Origin: a virus
Lineage: Duplodnaviria > Caudoviricetes
Strand: one strand, 5' to 3'
DNA: 64,000 nt
Virus record (IMG/VR): IMGVR_UViG_3300027751_000004
Location: 56,034 to 120,033 of that record
The position numbers were made by a program, and so were the translations under genes. A model generated the notes under the pieces. The model was not told the DNA's origin. It did no database searches and saw only the letters and a list, made by a program, of their open reading frames with translations. This document shows positions 48,301 to 56,659 of the stretch, in pieces. Position 1 is the stretch's first letter. Each line of letters opens with the position of its first letter.

Positions 48301-51300
48301 GATTTTTTATTATTAAATAAGTATCATTATCTTCATCTGCTAGATCAGTTTCTTCCTCATAACCAGATAAAAGTCCCATATCCTTGTCTAAATGGTAGGT
48401 ATCGACATCATCATTGCGGGTAGAAGTACCATCACCACCTGGATTTAGTTCGTCGTTATCTGTTCTGTCAAAAACTAATTTATTATACAGAGAGGAGGTA
48501 TAGTCAAACTGAGTAACTTGTAAAGCAAAACTCTCGTTGATATTTTGCTCACCAAATATCTTCATACCTGCTGGGTGGACAGATTTCTTAATCAGATCTT
48601 CAAATATGTCAAAATCAACACCAGTCTGAATAACATACGAGAACTCTTGATACAAGTCATTATCTTGTATCTTGATAATATCCGATAAGAAACCTTTACG
48701 GTCAACATATTTCGGAGAAGTTACACCAACAACACTAGACGCTAAAGTAACTTTAGCAGTAGTTCCTGCTGGATTCTCGGGGGAGATAGTAGTGGTGAAT
48801 GTATCAGGATAATCAAAACCAAAAGAAGTTAATTTAAGTTCTTGAAGTTGTCCATTATTACCGACTTTCGTAACACGAGCATTAGCACCAGTTCCTGGAC
48901 CGTCAATCAATAACGGATTGTATTCACTACCTAACAACGGCTCCCCGATAACCTCATCGATCCACTCAACATAATCGGGCGTTGTAGTTATGGTAATATT
49001 TGAATTTAATCTAGTGCCTGTTAGTGTAACAATGGGGTTGCCGTAATTAGAACCACCGCCAATTTTCAAAAACTGAGATATTTTACCGTCATCTATATCA
49101 GCCGAGAATGATGCTCCATTGTTAGATACTACTATTTCTCCACTCATATTACTGTGCACAGAAGATTGATAGTAGTACGTGCCAACACTTGTCGGAGTAA
49201 ATGTTACAGTTTCTGTCCCTCGACCAGTAACCGTAGAATCTGTTATGGCATCTGTAGTGCCTGAAGCCTGCGAGGTCTTAATATAAAATTCATTAACGGT
49301 ATTTGTATCGGCATAATCCAAGTCAAACTTTACTGTATCGCCCAAAGATATATTAATCGTTGGATCCGTGGTATCGTCAACATCACCGTTTCTGTCTGTA
49401 GATTCAAAAAACACATAATTCAGATTACCTAAATGCTGCCCTATGGTCATTTTGAATACATGTTCTTCTGTAATTGAGACAGTGGCTGATTGCCAACCAG
49501 ATAAAGATCTATCCGAATTATCTCCTACAGATATGATATCAGTGATAGAACCATTAGAATCTAACACCGCTTGTAATGATGGCTCAACTCTTGATAAAGT
49601 ATTTGATACTGTTGATGCTGGATTATAATTTATTCCTTGCTTATTTACAGTAACTGTAGTGAGAACTCCATCTTGAACTATAGCTTCTATTGAAGGATCA
49701 GAACTAGAGTTACCTCTCTTGATTACTGCAGTTGCTCTGCTACTATAGCCACCCCCATTATTAGATATTGAAATTGCGTCAACAACGCCATCTATTATCT
49801 GGAACTCACTAGCATTCGCACCTTGACCGCTACCAGAAGAAGCAATTGTAATGATATCAATATCTGGGTTATACCCTTCGCCCCCATCTTCAATGGTGAT
49901 ATCTGTTATAGCACCAGAGGAGTTTATAACTGGGGTCAAAGTTGCGCCTGTGATAGGAACACTATTCCTTGTTACAGATATTGTAGTAGTGGCTAATTCA
50001 TATCCACTACCCCCAGACACGAGAGAAATCTTATCAATAACTCCATTCCTAACCCCAACAGGGTTAGTGGGGAAGATTATTCCTTCTCCAGTTCCATCAG
50101 TAACCTCAACTGTCGCTGCAGCAATGTCGTACCCTGTACCACCGCTTATTATGTTAAACCCTGTTATAGTATTGGAGTCGGCAATATCGGCAATTGCAAA
50201 TGTTAGAGCAGGTGCCCCACCGCCACCTAAATTTGAGTCGGCTACTGTGAATGTTTCGCCAGCCAAATAGCCAGTACCGCCATCTACAACAGAAATCAGG
50301 GTATCGTAAGTTTTTATAGAACCAATATCAAAAGTTAGTGCAGCTGCACCACCACTGCCTAATAAAGAATCAGGTATGGTTATCGTTTCTCCGACCACAT
50401 AGCCAGTACCTTGACGGAGAGTAAAAATTATCGTACGACCAGTATCAAATACACTAACTCTAAATCCTGCGCCAGTACCACTTCCGTCAGTAGTATATCC
50501 AGAGAAAATATCATAAACACCTTCAGTCCTACTTGCGTCTAAGGTGTTAGCTTCGTCATAAGAAACAGAAGCATTAACACCCGCACCGCCACCTTCACGT
50601 ACTCTAATTTTAAATTCAGCACCTGTACCACTAGCACTATTTGTGGTATAATCGCTAGAAGTGATTTCATAAACACCTTCAGCTCTACTACCATCTGCAG
50701 GCGCATTATTGGTACGTCCAATAATACCGCTATTTTGTAGGATAGGTGCAATGGTAGCATTGTCGTATGAAGCCTGAACTGAATCAATAGGGTCTTCAGG
50801 GAAGTTGTACATTATTCCTGGGGAATATAAGTTATTTATCTTACCGTCGACAATATCTAACTTTACTTCATAGACTCCAGAACCATCAGCAAATGCGTTA
50901 TCTACAAATCTCCAATCATCAGGTATATTTTCGATAATTGCGTCTCTGGGTTTTAAAAGAATCGCAACAGCTTCCCTAATACCAAATCCTGGATTGGTAA
51001 GGTTGAATTTAGTTATAACACCATCCCTAACATTAGGAGCTATATCGGCACCAGAACCATTTATAGTATTAGTTAAAGTAATACTTCCTTCAGAAGAGTC
51101 ATAGCCACCGACTAGAGTATTTACGTTTACAGACTGAATGCCACCGCTAGGAACATCATAGTAACCAGCAGCACGTCTCAATAAAATAGAGACATCATCT
51201 AACGTAATAAGACCAGACTGATCAATATCTCCACGAACACGACCAGTAGCATAATCGCCATCTACTTGTAGTAAAAATTCGTGTAGGTCGTTTCTTTTAT

Positions 51301-53029
51301 CAGCATTATACTTGTATGCCATGGCAGAAACCATAAGCGCAAGATCTTCTACCGAACCAGTATCAAGGTATTGCTGTATCCAAGCAATCTTAGTCGAGTC
51401 TAACTGAGCTGGTAATGGATTAGCATTTCTAAGTGAAGGGTCTTGATATGTAACTAATGCCAATAGGTCATCGGTATCAATTTCTCCATCTTGATCGATG
51501 TCCCCTTTTTTGAAGCCAGTGCTACCAGCTTCCGCATTTAACTGCAATAATGCGCTTGTAAATTCAGCTGGGTCAGCGCCAACAGATAATCTTACAAGGT
51601 CAGATCCCACGTCTACCGGAAGGTAATAAGTAGGATCCCATGCGTCACCAGATGTAGCTGGACTACGCAACGCAAAGGTTTTTTCAGCCCCCATATTCTC
51701 TCGGGTTGCGTATGCGTTCCACTCAGATATAACCTCAGTTATCCTTTGATATCTGATTTCTTCTACAGCTTCTGTGGCAGGATTAAGTCCAGGATCAACG
51801 TCAAATACATACCTAAGTATCGCCATTGAATCGTCAATAGAGATTTCGCCATCTCTATCCCAGTCCCCTCTCTTATATTGAGTTGCCCCAACATTCGTAT
51901 CGAATAATGGGTCTGTAGTGCCGTCACTATATGTTGGCTGGGGAACTTCTTGCAGGAAACTGTATAATTCGAGAGGGATGCTACCATTAGTACCGCCAAA
52001 AGAAGCGATCTCGATAAGAGCCTTAGAGATTTCATCCCAGTTGATTGCTAGATTTGGTGTAGGGATACCATCGATAGTGGAAGTGAATTCTTTCACTTTA
52101 CCGTTTCTTTCTACACGAGTAATCATGGTAGACCCACGAATCACTTGGGTGGTAATCGTATCCTCAAGTTTTATAATTCGTGTTATAGTACCATCAGAAC
52201 GAACGTCTACATCGACATCCTCAAGGTCAATTCTTTTTGTTTTAGATAGAGAGGGGACTTTTCTTCTAAAGGATTTTGGTAATCTCGCTAGATCATTAAA
52301 TCCAGATTCTCTTACAAAATCTGCAATAACAAAGGTTTCGCCTACTCTAAACCCTGTACCGCTATCCTCGATATTTAAAATTTGAGACATTGAAGACTTT
52401 AACGTTGCCTTAACATCTCCGTAATAGATAACACTATCAAAATAGAAGAAGCCAGCAAAATATCGAGAAACGTAGACTTCGTAAACGTTAGAACCCTCTC
52501 GCTTTTCTATCCGCTTAACTTCGACATCAAATGTTTGTTTAGGGGTATTGGGGAATGAAGTTTCTACTTCTACATATTTACCAACAGTTGTAAATAAATC
52601 TCCTTCATTTAATTCTACAATTACCGAATATTCGCTGAGCCAATTACCAGAAGATGATTTGAGAATTTGTTCTTTGGGTAATTTGATGTCAATCTCTTCA
52701 CCAAATAACGCTCTGAACATAACCTTGATGGACTGTAAAGAACCCTTTGCCGAATAAATTTCAGCAAGATTATCGATTATATTCTTTTGGTTGGCTTGGT
52801 TATTAAGAACAAACCCATACCCAAGCTCGCTGTACAGAGAACTTAAATAGAAGTCGACAGCATTGTCAAGGGTTCTCTGCTTTAATGCTAGGTCAATACC
52901 TTCGGAAGGGTTGCCTTTCTGACCCATCCATTCGTAATACTTCTTAAGGAATGTGACAAATTCTGCAGACTCTGCTGCCAAATTATCTGGTAGTATCTCA
53001 GGAACTCTTGTAATTTCTTTGTTTGACAT
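45359..53029 (-). CDS. gp7: Giant baseplate wedge initiator (gp7-like) with many inserted accessory domains
   Basis: FL..YYEW, Y.AKGS..S....FR.LFGE at the N-terminus; G.LSD..KIQD...YQEFSYVI...K..VHPAG.K.FG core; between gp6 and gp8. Confidence 0.8.
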   Translation of the reverse strand: MSNKEITRVPEILPDNLAAESAEFVTFLKKYYEWMGQKGNPSEGIDLALKQRTLDNAVDFYLSSLYSELGYGFVLNNQANQKNIIDNLAEIYSAKGSLQSIKVMFRALFGEEIDIKLPKEQILKSSSGNWLSEYSVIVELNEGDLFTTVGKYVEVETSFPNTPKQTFDVEVKRIEKREGSNVYEVYVSRYFAGFFYFDSVIYYGDVKATLKSSMSQILNIEDSGTGFRVGETFVIADFVRESGFNDLARLPKSFRRKVPSLSKTKRIDLEDVDVDVRSDGTITRIIKLEDTITTQVIRGSTMITRVERNGKVKEFTSTIDGIPTPNLAINWDEISKALIEIASFGGTNGSIPLELYSFLQEVPQPTYSDGTTDPLFDTNVGATQYKRGDWDRDGEISIDDSMAILRYVFDVDPGLNPATEAVEEIRYQRITEVISEWNAYATRENMGAEKTFALRSPATSGDAWDPTYYLPVDVGSDLVRLSVGADPAEFTSALLQLNAEAGSTGFKKGDIDQDGEIDTDDLLALVTYQDPSLRNANPLPAQLDSTKIAWIQQYLDTGSVEDLALMVSAMAYKYNADKRNDLHEFLLQVDGDYATGRVRGDIDQSGLITLDDVSILLRRAAGYYDVPSGGIQSVNVNTLVGGYDSSEGSITLTNTINGSGADIAPNVRDGVITKFNLTNPGFGIREAVAILLKPRDAIIENIPDDWRFVDNAFADGSGVYEVKLDIVDGKINNLYSPGIMYNFPEDPIDSVQASYDNATIAPILQNSGIIGRTNNAPADGSRAEGVYEITSSDYTTNSASGTGAEFKIRVREGGGAGVNASVSYDEANTLDASRTEGVYDIFSGYTTDGSGTGAGFRVSVFDTGRTIIFTLRQGTGYVVGETITIPDSLLGSGGAAALTFDIGSIKTYDTLISVVDGGTGYLAGETFTVADSNLGGGGAPALTFAIADIADSNTITGFNIISGGTGYDIAAATVEVTDGTGEGIIFPTNPVGVRNGVIDKISLVSGGSGYELATTTISVTRNSVPITGATLTPVINSSGAITDITIEDGGEGYNPDIDIITIASSGSGQGANASEFQIIDGVVDAISISNNGGGYSSRATAVIKRGNSSSDPSIEAIVQDGVLTTVTVNKQGINYNPASTVSNTLSRVEPSLQAVLDSNGSITDIISVGDNSDRSLSGWQSATVSITEEHVFKMTIGQHLGNLNYVFFESTDRNGDVDDTTDPTINISLGDTVKFDLDYADTNTVNEFYIKTSQASGTTDAITDSTVTGRGTETVTFTPTSVGTYYYQSSVHSNMSGEIVVSNNGASFSADIDDGKISQFLKIGGGSNYGNPIVTLTGTRLNSNITITTTPDYVEWIDEVIGEPLLGSEYNPLLIDGPGTGANARVTKVGNNGQLQELKLTSFGFDYPDTFTTTISPENPAGTTAKVTLASSVVGVTSPKYVDRKGFLSDIIKIQDNDLYQEFSYVIQTGVDFDIFEDLIKKSVHPAGMKIFGEQNINESFALQVTQFDYTSSLYNKLVFDRTDNDELNPGGDGTSTRNDDVDTYHLDKDMGLLSGYEEETDLADEDNDTYLIIKNLTVPEYAEIAYVEHDKEDYHFDKDMGLTSGYAEITDFADKDDDTYHLDKDMGLTSGYAEITDLADADNDTYHFDKDMGLDSEYYEETTLADEDNDTYHLDKDMGILSGYEEITDLSDDENRYHFDKDMGILSGYEEITDFKDKDTDTYHFDKDMGIDSGLEEVIDLSGDDAHTYHFDKDMGIDSGHEEIIDLSDDDVDTYRFDKDMGLLSGYEEITDLADGDNDTYHFDKDMGLLSGYYEETDLADNENRYHFDKDMGIDSGLEEVTDLADEDNDTYHLDKDMGLLSGHEEETDLADEDTDTYHLDKDMGLESDYYEETDLKDKDTDTYHFDKDMGLLSGYEEITDLADEDLHIFSFGKQFPRSDDLEELTADASDERQPFDIGKALIDTPDPDDTQFIFDHSKSGTAFDDGTQEIFSLVSVINEKFFNDDDSQEFAYVTHTKELVAYEKDMGLLSGYEEITDLSDEDVVRKLFEKATINETLEHNVSESHGLLFSKPRSSSISDVNDAITISRNKYLQDTATVDDVFSTIDEDIYSFTKDLSDLLDPPVTDSDSYSLSKALLDTLIFGVSEDCAKGIFKSRITSSTDFESNPDVQRNAISKPILDLTDFKDKDVIRSKDSTKSLSDLLQFGASDDGSIFSFIKSPQSSVGTSSDLDSRYSFEHPEEETTAISSVEGGPIEIYGVFDMQHSYYNSVPTHSLRWIEPAAIDNVHGRNGGNRIVDFNDLAFQFNSNKDRDDTIIQSGSSTFKYRFYGKSHNDDDDRTVHVNSMIKAYIGDTIKLEYNTYGFSSASPAGGFWIKTSPTADKVTDIATDDGITNQGMTSHNGFVTNNQTLTWDTTNATPGRYYLISGGETVSSNDLDGAHDDSYFIIDVVDYSSEQEELGFDVEKPLEDTIIDISDLGVQDLLLDKRLDDSALATDIYSVQDNDIYSINKGIQEFSITSSESGSLTITKPYVELGYIAGGLDYEYCSDIAERQF
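45496..45503 (-). promoter_or_regulatory. Possible internal late promoter for 44762..45334 and gp8
   Basis: TATAAATA near the 3' end of gp7, about 160 nt upstream of the next ATG. Confidence 0.5.
47250..48405 (-). repeat. In-frame tandem repeat of 78 nt (some 75 nt) encoding DTYH(F/L)DKDMGLLSGYEEITDLADED(N/T)
   Basis: 14 KDMG units plus one degenerate unit counted in the translation; one further copy near 46905-46960. Confidence 0.95.
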
Positions 53030-54865
53030 TTAGTGTCTCGTAAACGTTTGATAACTTGATAGCCCAGTAGATCCTAGTAGCGAAACAGTATCTAACTCTG
53101 ACCCAATATCAATTGTTGCGCTTGGTATATTCAACAATTGCTTATATTTAGGACTGATGTCGAAGCTGTCTGGTTTAGCGAAAATTGTAACAAAGTTGGA
53201 TAAATCGAATTTTATGTTCTTTATGTATACAGTACCCTTTGTTGGATTAATAAGCCCAACATCAGAATACTTGGTAATTTTTTCACTAGTTGCGTGATTG
53301 ATAACAAAGATTCTTCTTGTTGTTGACGCTCCTATCGGCTCGTCTTGGAACCTACACTCAATACCATCTAGTAAGAATACTGAAGAATTGATAGTGGATT
53401 CGTTGGTTGTAGATATATAAAGAGCATTTGGGAATGTGATTGTATAGTCTTCAGCTTTCAATGGGAATGGTCTGAATCTTTTATACATTTTTGTTCTTAC
53501 AACCGAGTTGATAATTCCAGGGTCTGACTCATCAATCAACTTGAGGAGATTGGACATACGGAAGACACCATTGAATGTTTGTAAGGTATCATTATTATAT
53601 TTTACTACTGTGTCAGAAACCTTAGATTCTATTTGCCCTGCCGTAAGTTTAGACTTGTTACTATCATATTTAAAATCTACTTCCAACGCTATATTAGTAT
53701 ATTCGGCTTCAACTATATCTGGAGTAATAGCACCAACATTTTTATCTTTTAAGAACAATTTTACAGAATTAATAAATGTTTCTGTAACCCTTTCTTGATC
53801 CTTGAGCGCAACTGCTACAAACACCTTACCATAAATTGGAGGATCATTGTCCTCACCGCCCCACACCGATATATCTTGAATGTCTGTGAACTGGCGAATA
53901 AGCAAAGAACGATAATCATCAGCAGTTACGGCACGGTCTTGAGTTGCATAGTTAATCGGAGCATTGAACCTGATAGAGTCAACAGTTTCTTTATCAGTAC
54001 CACCATTAGATCTCAGATGACCTTCAGCTAAAGAAACTGATATTGAAGGCAATCCTTCTATAGAACCAGCTGAAGCAAACGTAGTTATACCATTCGATTC
54101 TGGTCCATCCGTAACAAGATATTCTACAGTTACTTTAGAGCCACTTGTCGGTCTACGACCTAAGAAATTGTCCCCGAAATATAACTCGTATCTCCCGAAA
54201 TTGTTCTCGTTAAAGAAGAAAACTTTAGAAGTTGATTTGGTATCGTTTATTTTTTCATAATAAGCATACGATTCTCCAGCAAGCTGATTATCAGTTTCGG
54301 TTATAGAAACTGATAGCGTTTCAGTATCTACAGCTTCAGAAGATATCTCAAACCTTTGGAATGGCGATAATCCATCAACACGATAAGTTTCTGTTTTTAA
54401 CGCACCTTGATACACTGGAATATTAGTAAACTTATAGGTGTTGTTAGATAACTTCACAGCTGTTGCGTCAGACAGAACTACAAAGTAATATGTCTTGTTA
54501 TTAATTTTACCACTTACCTTGTATCCACGCTTCAGCGTAATCCTATTTGGGCTATCTGCGGCACCTGTAACTGTGATATCTATGATCGCACTAGAAGACT
54601 TTTTAGATTTTGGAATATAACCCAAAGACTGAGCACGTGAAACCACATTAGACCTAACTTGAGCGGTAGCAAGGTCAGACTCATTAAGAGTCATATGTGC
54701 TAGTAACGCATTATAATGCGTGTTGTAAGCTAGTACATCCATCAACACATTCAGACCAGAACCTTCAAAATCGTAATCTGTGAATTCGTCTTGGCTCTTT
54801 AGAAATTCTTTGATAGAATCTTTTATCTGATCAAAGTCTAGCTTTGTTAGGTCTGTTTGCGACAT
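53030..54865 (-). CDS. gp6: Baseplate wedge subunit
   Basis: LDFD.IK....FL, DYDFEGSGL..L.DVLAYNTHYNA, Q.RAVT..DY, WGGEDN.PP.YGKV. Confidence 0.95.
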   Translation of the reverse strand: MSQTDLTKLDFDQIKDSIKEFLKSQDEFTDYDFEGSGLNVLMDVLAYNTHYNALLAHMTLNESDLATAQVRSNVVSRAQSLGYIPKSKKSSSAIIDITVTGAADSPNRITLKRGYKVSGKINNKTYYFVVLSDATAVKLSNNTYKFTNIPVYQGALKTETYRVDGLSPFQRFEISSEAVDTETLSVSITETDNQLAGESYAYYEKINDTKSTSKVFFFNENNFGRYELYFGDNFLGRRPTSGSKVTVEYLVTDGPESNGITTFASAGSIEGLPSISVSLAEGHLRSNGGTDKETVDSIRFNAPINYATQDRAVTADDYRSLLIRQFTDIQDISVWGGEDNDPPIYGKVFVAVALKDQERVTETFINSVKLFLKDKNVGAITPDIVEAEYTNIALEVDFKYDSNKSKLTAGQIESKVSDTVVKYNNDTLQTFNGVFRMSNLLKLIDESDPGIINSVVRTKMYKRFRPFPLKAEDYTITFPNALYISTTNESTINSSVFLLDGIECRFQDEPIGASTTRRIFVINHATSEKITKYSDVGLINPTKGTVYIKNIKFDLSNFVTIFAKPDSFDISPKYKQLLNIPSATIDIGSELDTVSLLGSTGLSSYQTFTRH

Positions 54866-55308
54866 TACCTTAATCTCTTTAATAGTAGTTGTAGGTCAAA
54901 TTGCTGTTGCGTATTCACTACGGTGGTGAATATAGTAATTGCATATGCGTTCTTGTCTGGATAATCTTCAATAGCAACATCAGTTACTTGAACTCTGGGC
55001 TCTTGAATTCCAAGAGAATACATTATCTCGTCACGTATAGATGCTTTTGTAATTCCGTCCGCTGGTTCGAACAAATAGTTTTTCAGACCACAACCAAATT
55101 TGGGATTAAATGGTTTCTCTCCACGATTCGTTTTTAAGATATTTCTAATAGAGTTTTTGATTGCCTCTAAATCTTTAACAGGCGATATATCGCCATACTC
55201 AGGGTGCGCCCTGAACCCCAAAGAAAGGTCTCTGTACTGCCTAGTAGTACCAGTGATCTTAGATCTGGTATCCCGAAGGTTTTTATCTGAAATTAGTTCT
55301 GTGCTCAT
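54865..55308 (-). CDS. gp25: Baseplate wedge subunit / sheath initiator
   Basis: Y.DL.L.F..HP, AIKNSIRNI..T..GE.PF.P.FG, EPRV. Confidence 0.93.
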   Translation of the reverse strand: MSTELISDKNLRDTRSKITGTTRQYRDLSLGFRAHPEYGDISPVKDLEAIKNSIRNILKTNRGEKPFNPKFGCGLKNYLFEPADGITKASIRDEIMYSLGIQEPRVQVTDVAIEDYPDKNAYAITIFTTVVNTQQQFDLQLLLKRLR

Positions 55309-55313
55309 ACGTT

Positions 55314-55321
55314 TATTTATA
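55314..55321 (-). promoter_or_regulatory. T4-type late promoter (gp25-gp6-gp7)
   Basis: TATAAATA 5 nt upstream of the gp25 ATG. Confidence 0.85.
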
Positions 55322-55329
55322 CTGGTTTA

Positions 55330-55614
55330 TCAGCCCCCAGCGAAAACATTTGGACTTCCTGCGGCAACTGCTGTGCAGGTTGGGTCTCCAACTCTACCGC
55401 ATTGCTTACCATTAACGTACACAGAACCAGACCCAGAACCTATTGGGGTATTGTGCCCAGGACATGGAGATCCTGGAAGGTCATGTGGAGTATTAGCATC
55501 CCCAGATCTTGAAATTCCTCTGCCATTACAGAATACATTACCACTTCCTGCAGCCTGTACCATAGGCGAACAATGATCTGCGTTTGCGTCTCCGATTCTT
55601 GCTACTGCTGGCAT
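55330..55614 (-). CDS. PAAR-repeat spike tip protein (T4 gp5.4-like)
   Basis: PAVARIGD, GS.NVF.NG....R.GD, GS.SVYVNG...GRVGD; His/Cys metal ligands. Confidence 0.92.
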   Translation of the reverse strand: MPAVARIGDANADHCSPMVQAAGSGNVFCNGRGISRSGDANTPHDLPGSPCPGHNTPIGSGSGSVYVNGKQCGRVGDPTCTAVAAGSPNVFAGG

Positions 55615-55808
55615 TATCGTGTCTCCCTTTTCATTAGTTCTAGTAATTTATCTGTCCATTGAGAGTTTATCTCATGCTCTTCCTCGGTATGCGGTCCAGG
55701 AATATGAACAGGTTTAAACTTTAATAAATTGTCAAACTTCATGGGTATATCTTCAAACTTATTATACACCCTTTTCTCTCCATTCAATAATATGACAAAC
55801 TCATGCAT
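55614..55808 (-). CDS. Small hypothetical protein
   Basis: 64 aa; FEDIP..FD....F.P...PGPHTEEEH; coupled to the PAAR gene. Confidence 0.75.
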   Translation of the reverse strand: MHEFVILLNGEKRVYNKFEDIPMKFDNLLKFKPVHIPGPHTEEEHEINSQWTDKLLELMKRETR

Positions 55809-55810
55809 AG

Positions 55811-56659
55811 TTATTCTTCCAATGGCGAATACGTTTCAAGGTAATTTTCTATCCATGTTAAAAATTTGTTTAGGTTGTTTCTTACCCTCAACGTTCTATT
55901 TGTTGTGTAATACGAAACATCGCCATCAGAATCTAAATATTTAACCTCAATAGTAATATTTCTGTCTACAAAATTCGAACTGTCGGCTTTGAAAGATACT
56001 ATCTCTTGGTTTGGCGGTACATTAGCTACACCAGCAGTTACTTGGGGTTTGGCTAGGTCTGGGAATTCTGTTTTTGCCTCAGCAAACTCGGCAGAAGTCA
56101 TAGGTCTCTCGCCATTAGGTTTCATTTCTGTAGCAATTACTGTAAAATTAAAATGAGTCTTTATGAGGCTAGGAGTAGCAGTCATTGTTACTCTACCAGT
56201 TTTAGAATCAACAGCAAGTCCGCTATCCCCCGATAGACTGTAAGTTATAAGAGTTGAATCATCCCCGTCTCCATCTGTATGCGCCTGATAAAGAAAGTCA
56301 CCGCCTCTTGCGCCATCAGGTATCTCAATATTCTGAGAATCTTCTAAAATAGTAAACGGTGCATATATTGTAGTCATTCTCGTACTTGCACCCTTGGGGA
56401 TATGGATTATTTCATCACCCCCGAATGCGCTATTATGTTGACCAGATATCGTCACGGAATTACTACCGCTTGTAAAAGTTACTCCAGTATCCCAACTATC
56501 GTACACCGAACTATTAGTACCGCCCATTCCAGATGGATAGGCACGGACACTTTCTATCCCAGTCGCTTGTAAAGGCATATACGTGGCACTAAATGAAATA
56601 GAGAAATTTGTATCCCTCAGTACATCAGAAACTACTGTTGGAGTTACATTTATGGTCAT
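55811..56659 (-). CDS. Putative spike-associated protein with an inserted cadherin-like segment
   Basis: Between gp5 and PAAR; A.TDGDG...ITYSL.G.....VDS.TG.VT.......F.FTV.AT. Confidence 0.6.
   Translation of the reverse strand: MTINVTPTVVSDVLRDTNFSISFSATYMPLQATGIESVRAYPSGMGGTNSSVYDSWDTGVTFTSGSNSVTISGQHNSAFGGDEIIHIPKGASTRMTTIYAPFTILEDSQNIEIPDGARGGDFLYQAHTDGDGDDSTLITYSLSGDSGLAVDSKTGRVTMTATPSLIKTHFNFTVIATEMKPNGERPMTSAEFAEAKTEFPDLAKPQVTAGVANVPPNQEIVSFKADSSNFVDRNITIEVKYLDSDGDVSYYTTNRTLRVRNNLNKFLTWIENYLETYSPLEE

Noticed and set aside
47250-48405. 78-nt periodic DNA repeat resembling a CRISPR array
   Set aside because: Units are multiples of 3, lie in frame in gp7, vary largely at synonymous sites and have no unique spacers; no cas genes in the window
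53027-53032. gp6-gp7 read-through fusion (TAA directly followed by in-frame ATG); similarly TAG-ATG at 32076-32081
   Set aside because: Both junctions are explained by ordinary translational coupling; no read-through signal is evident
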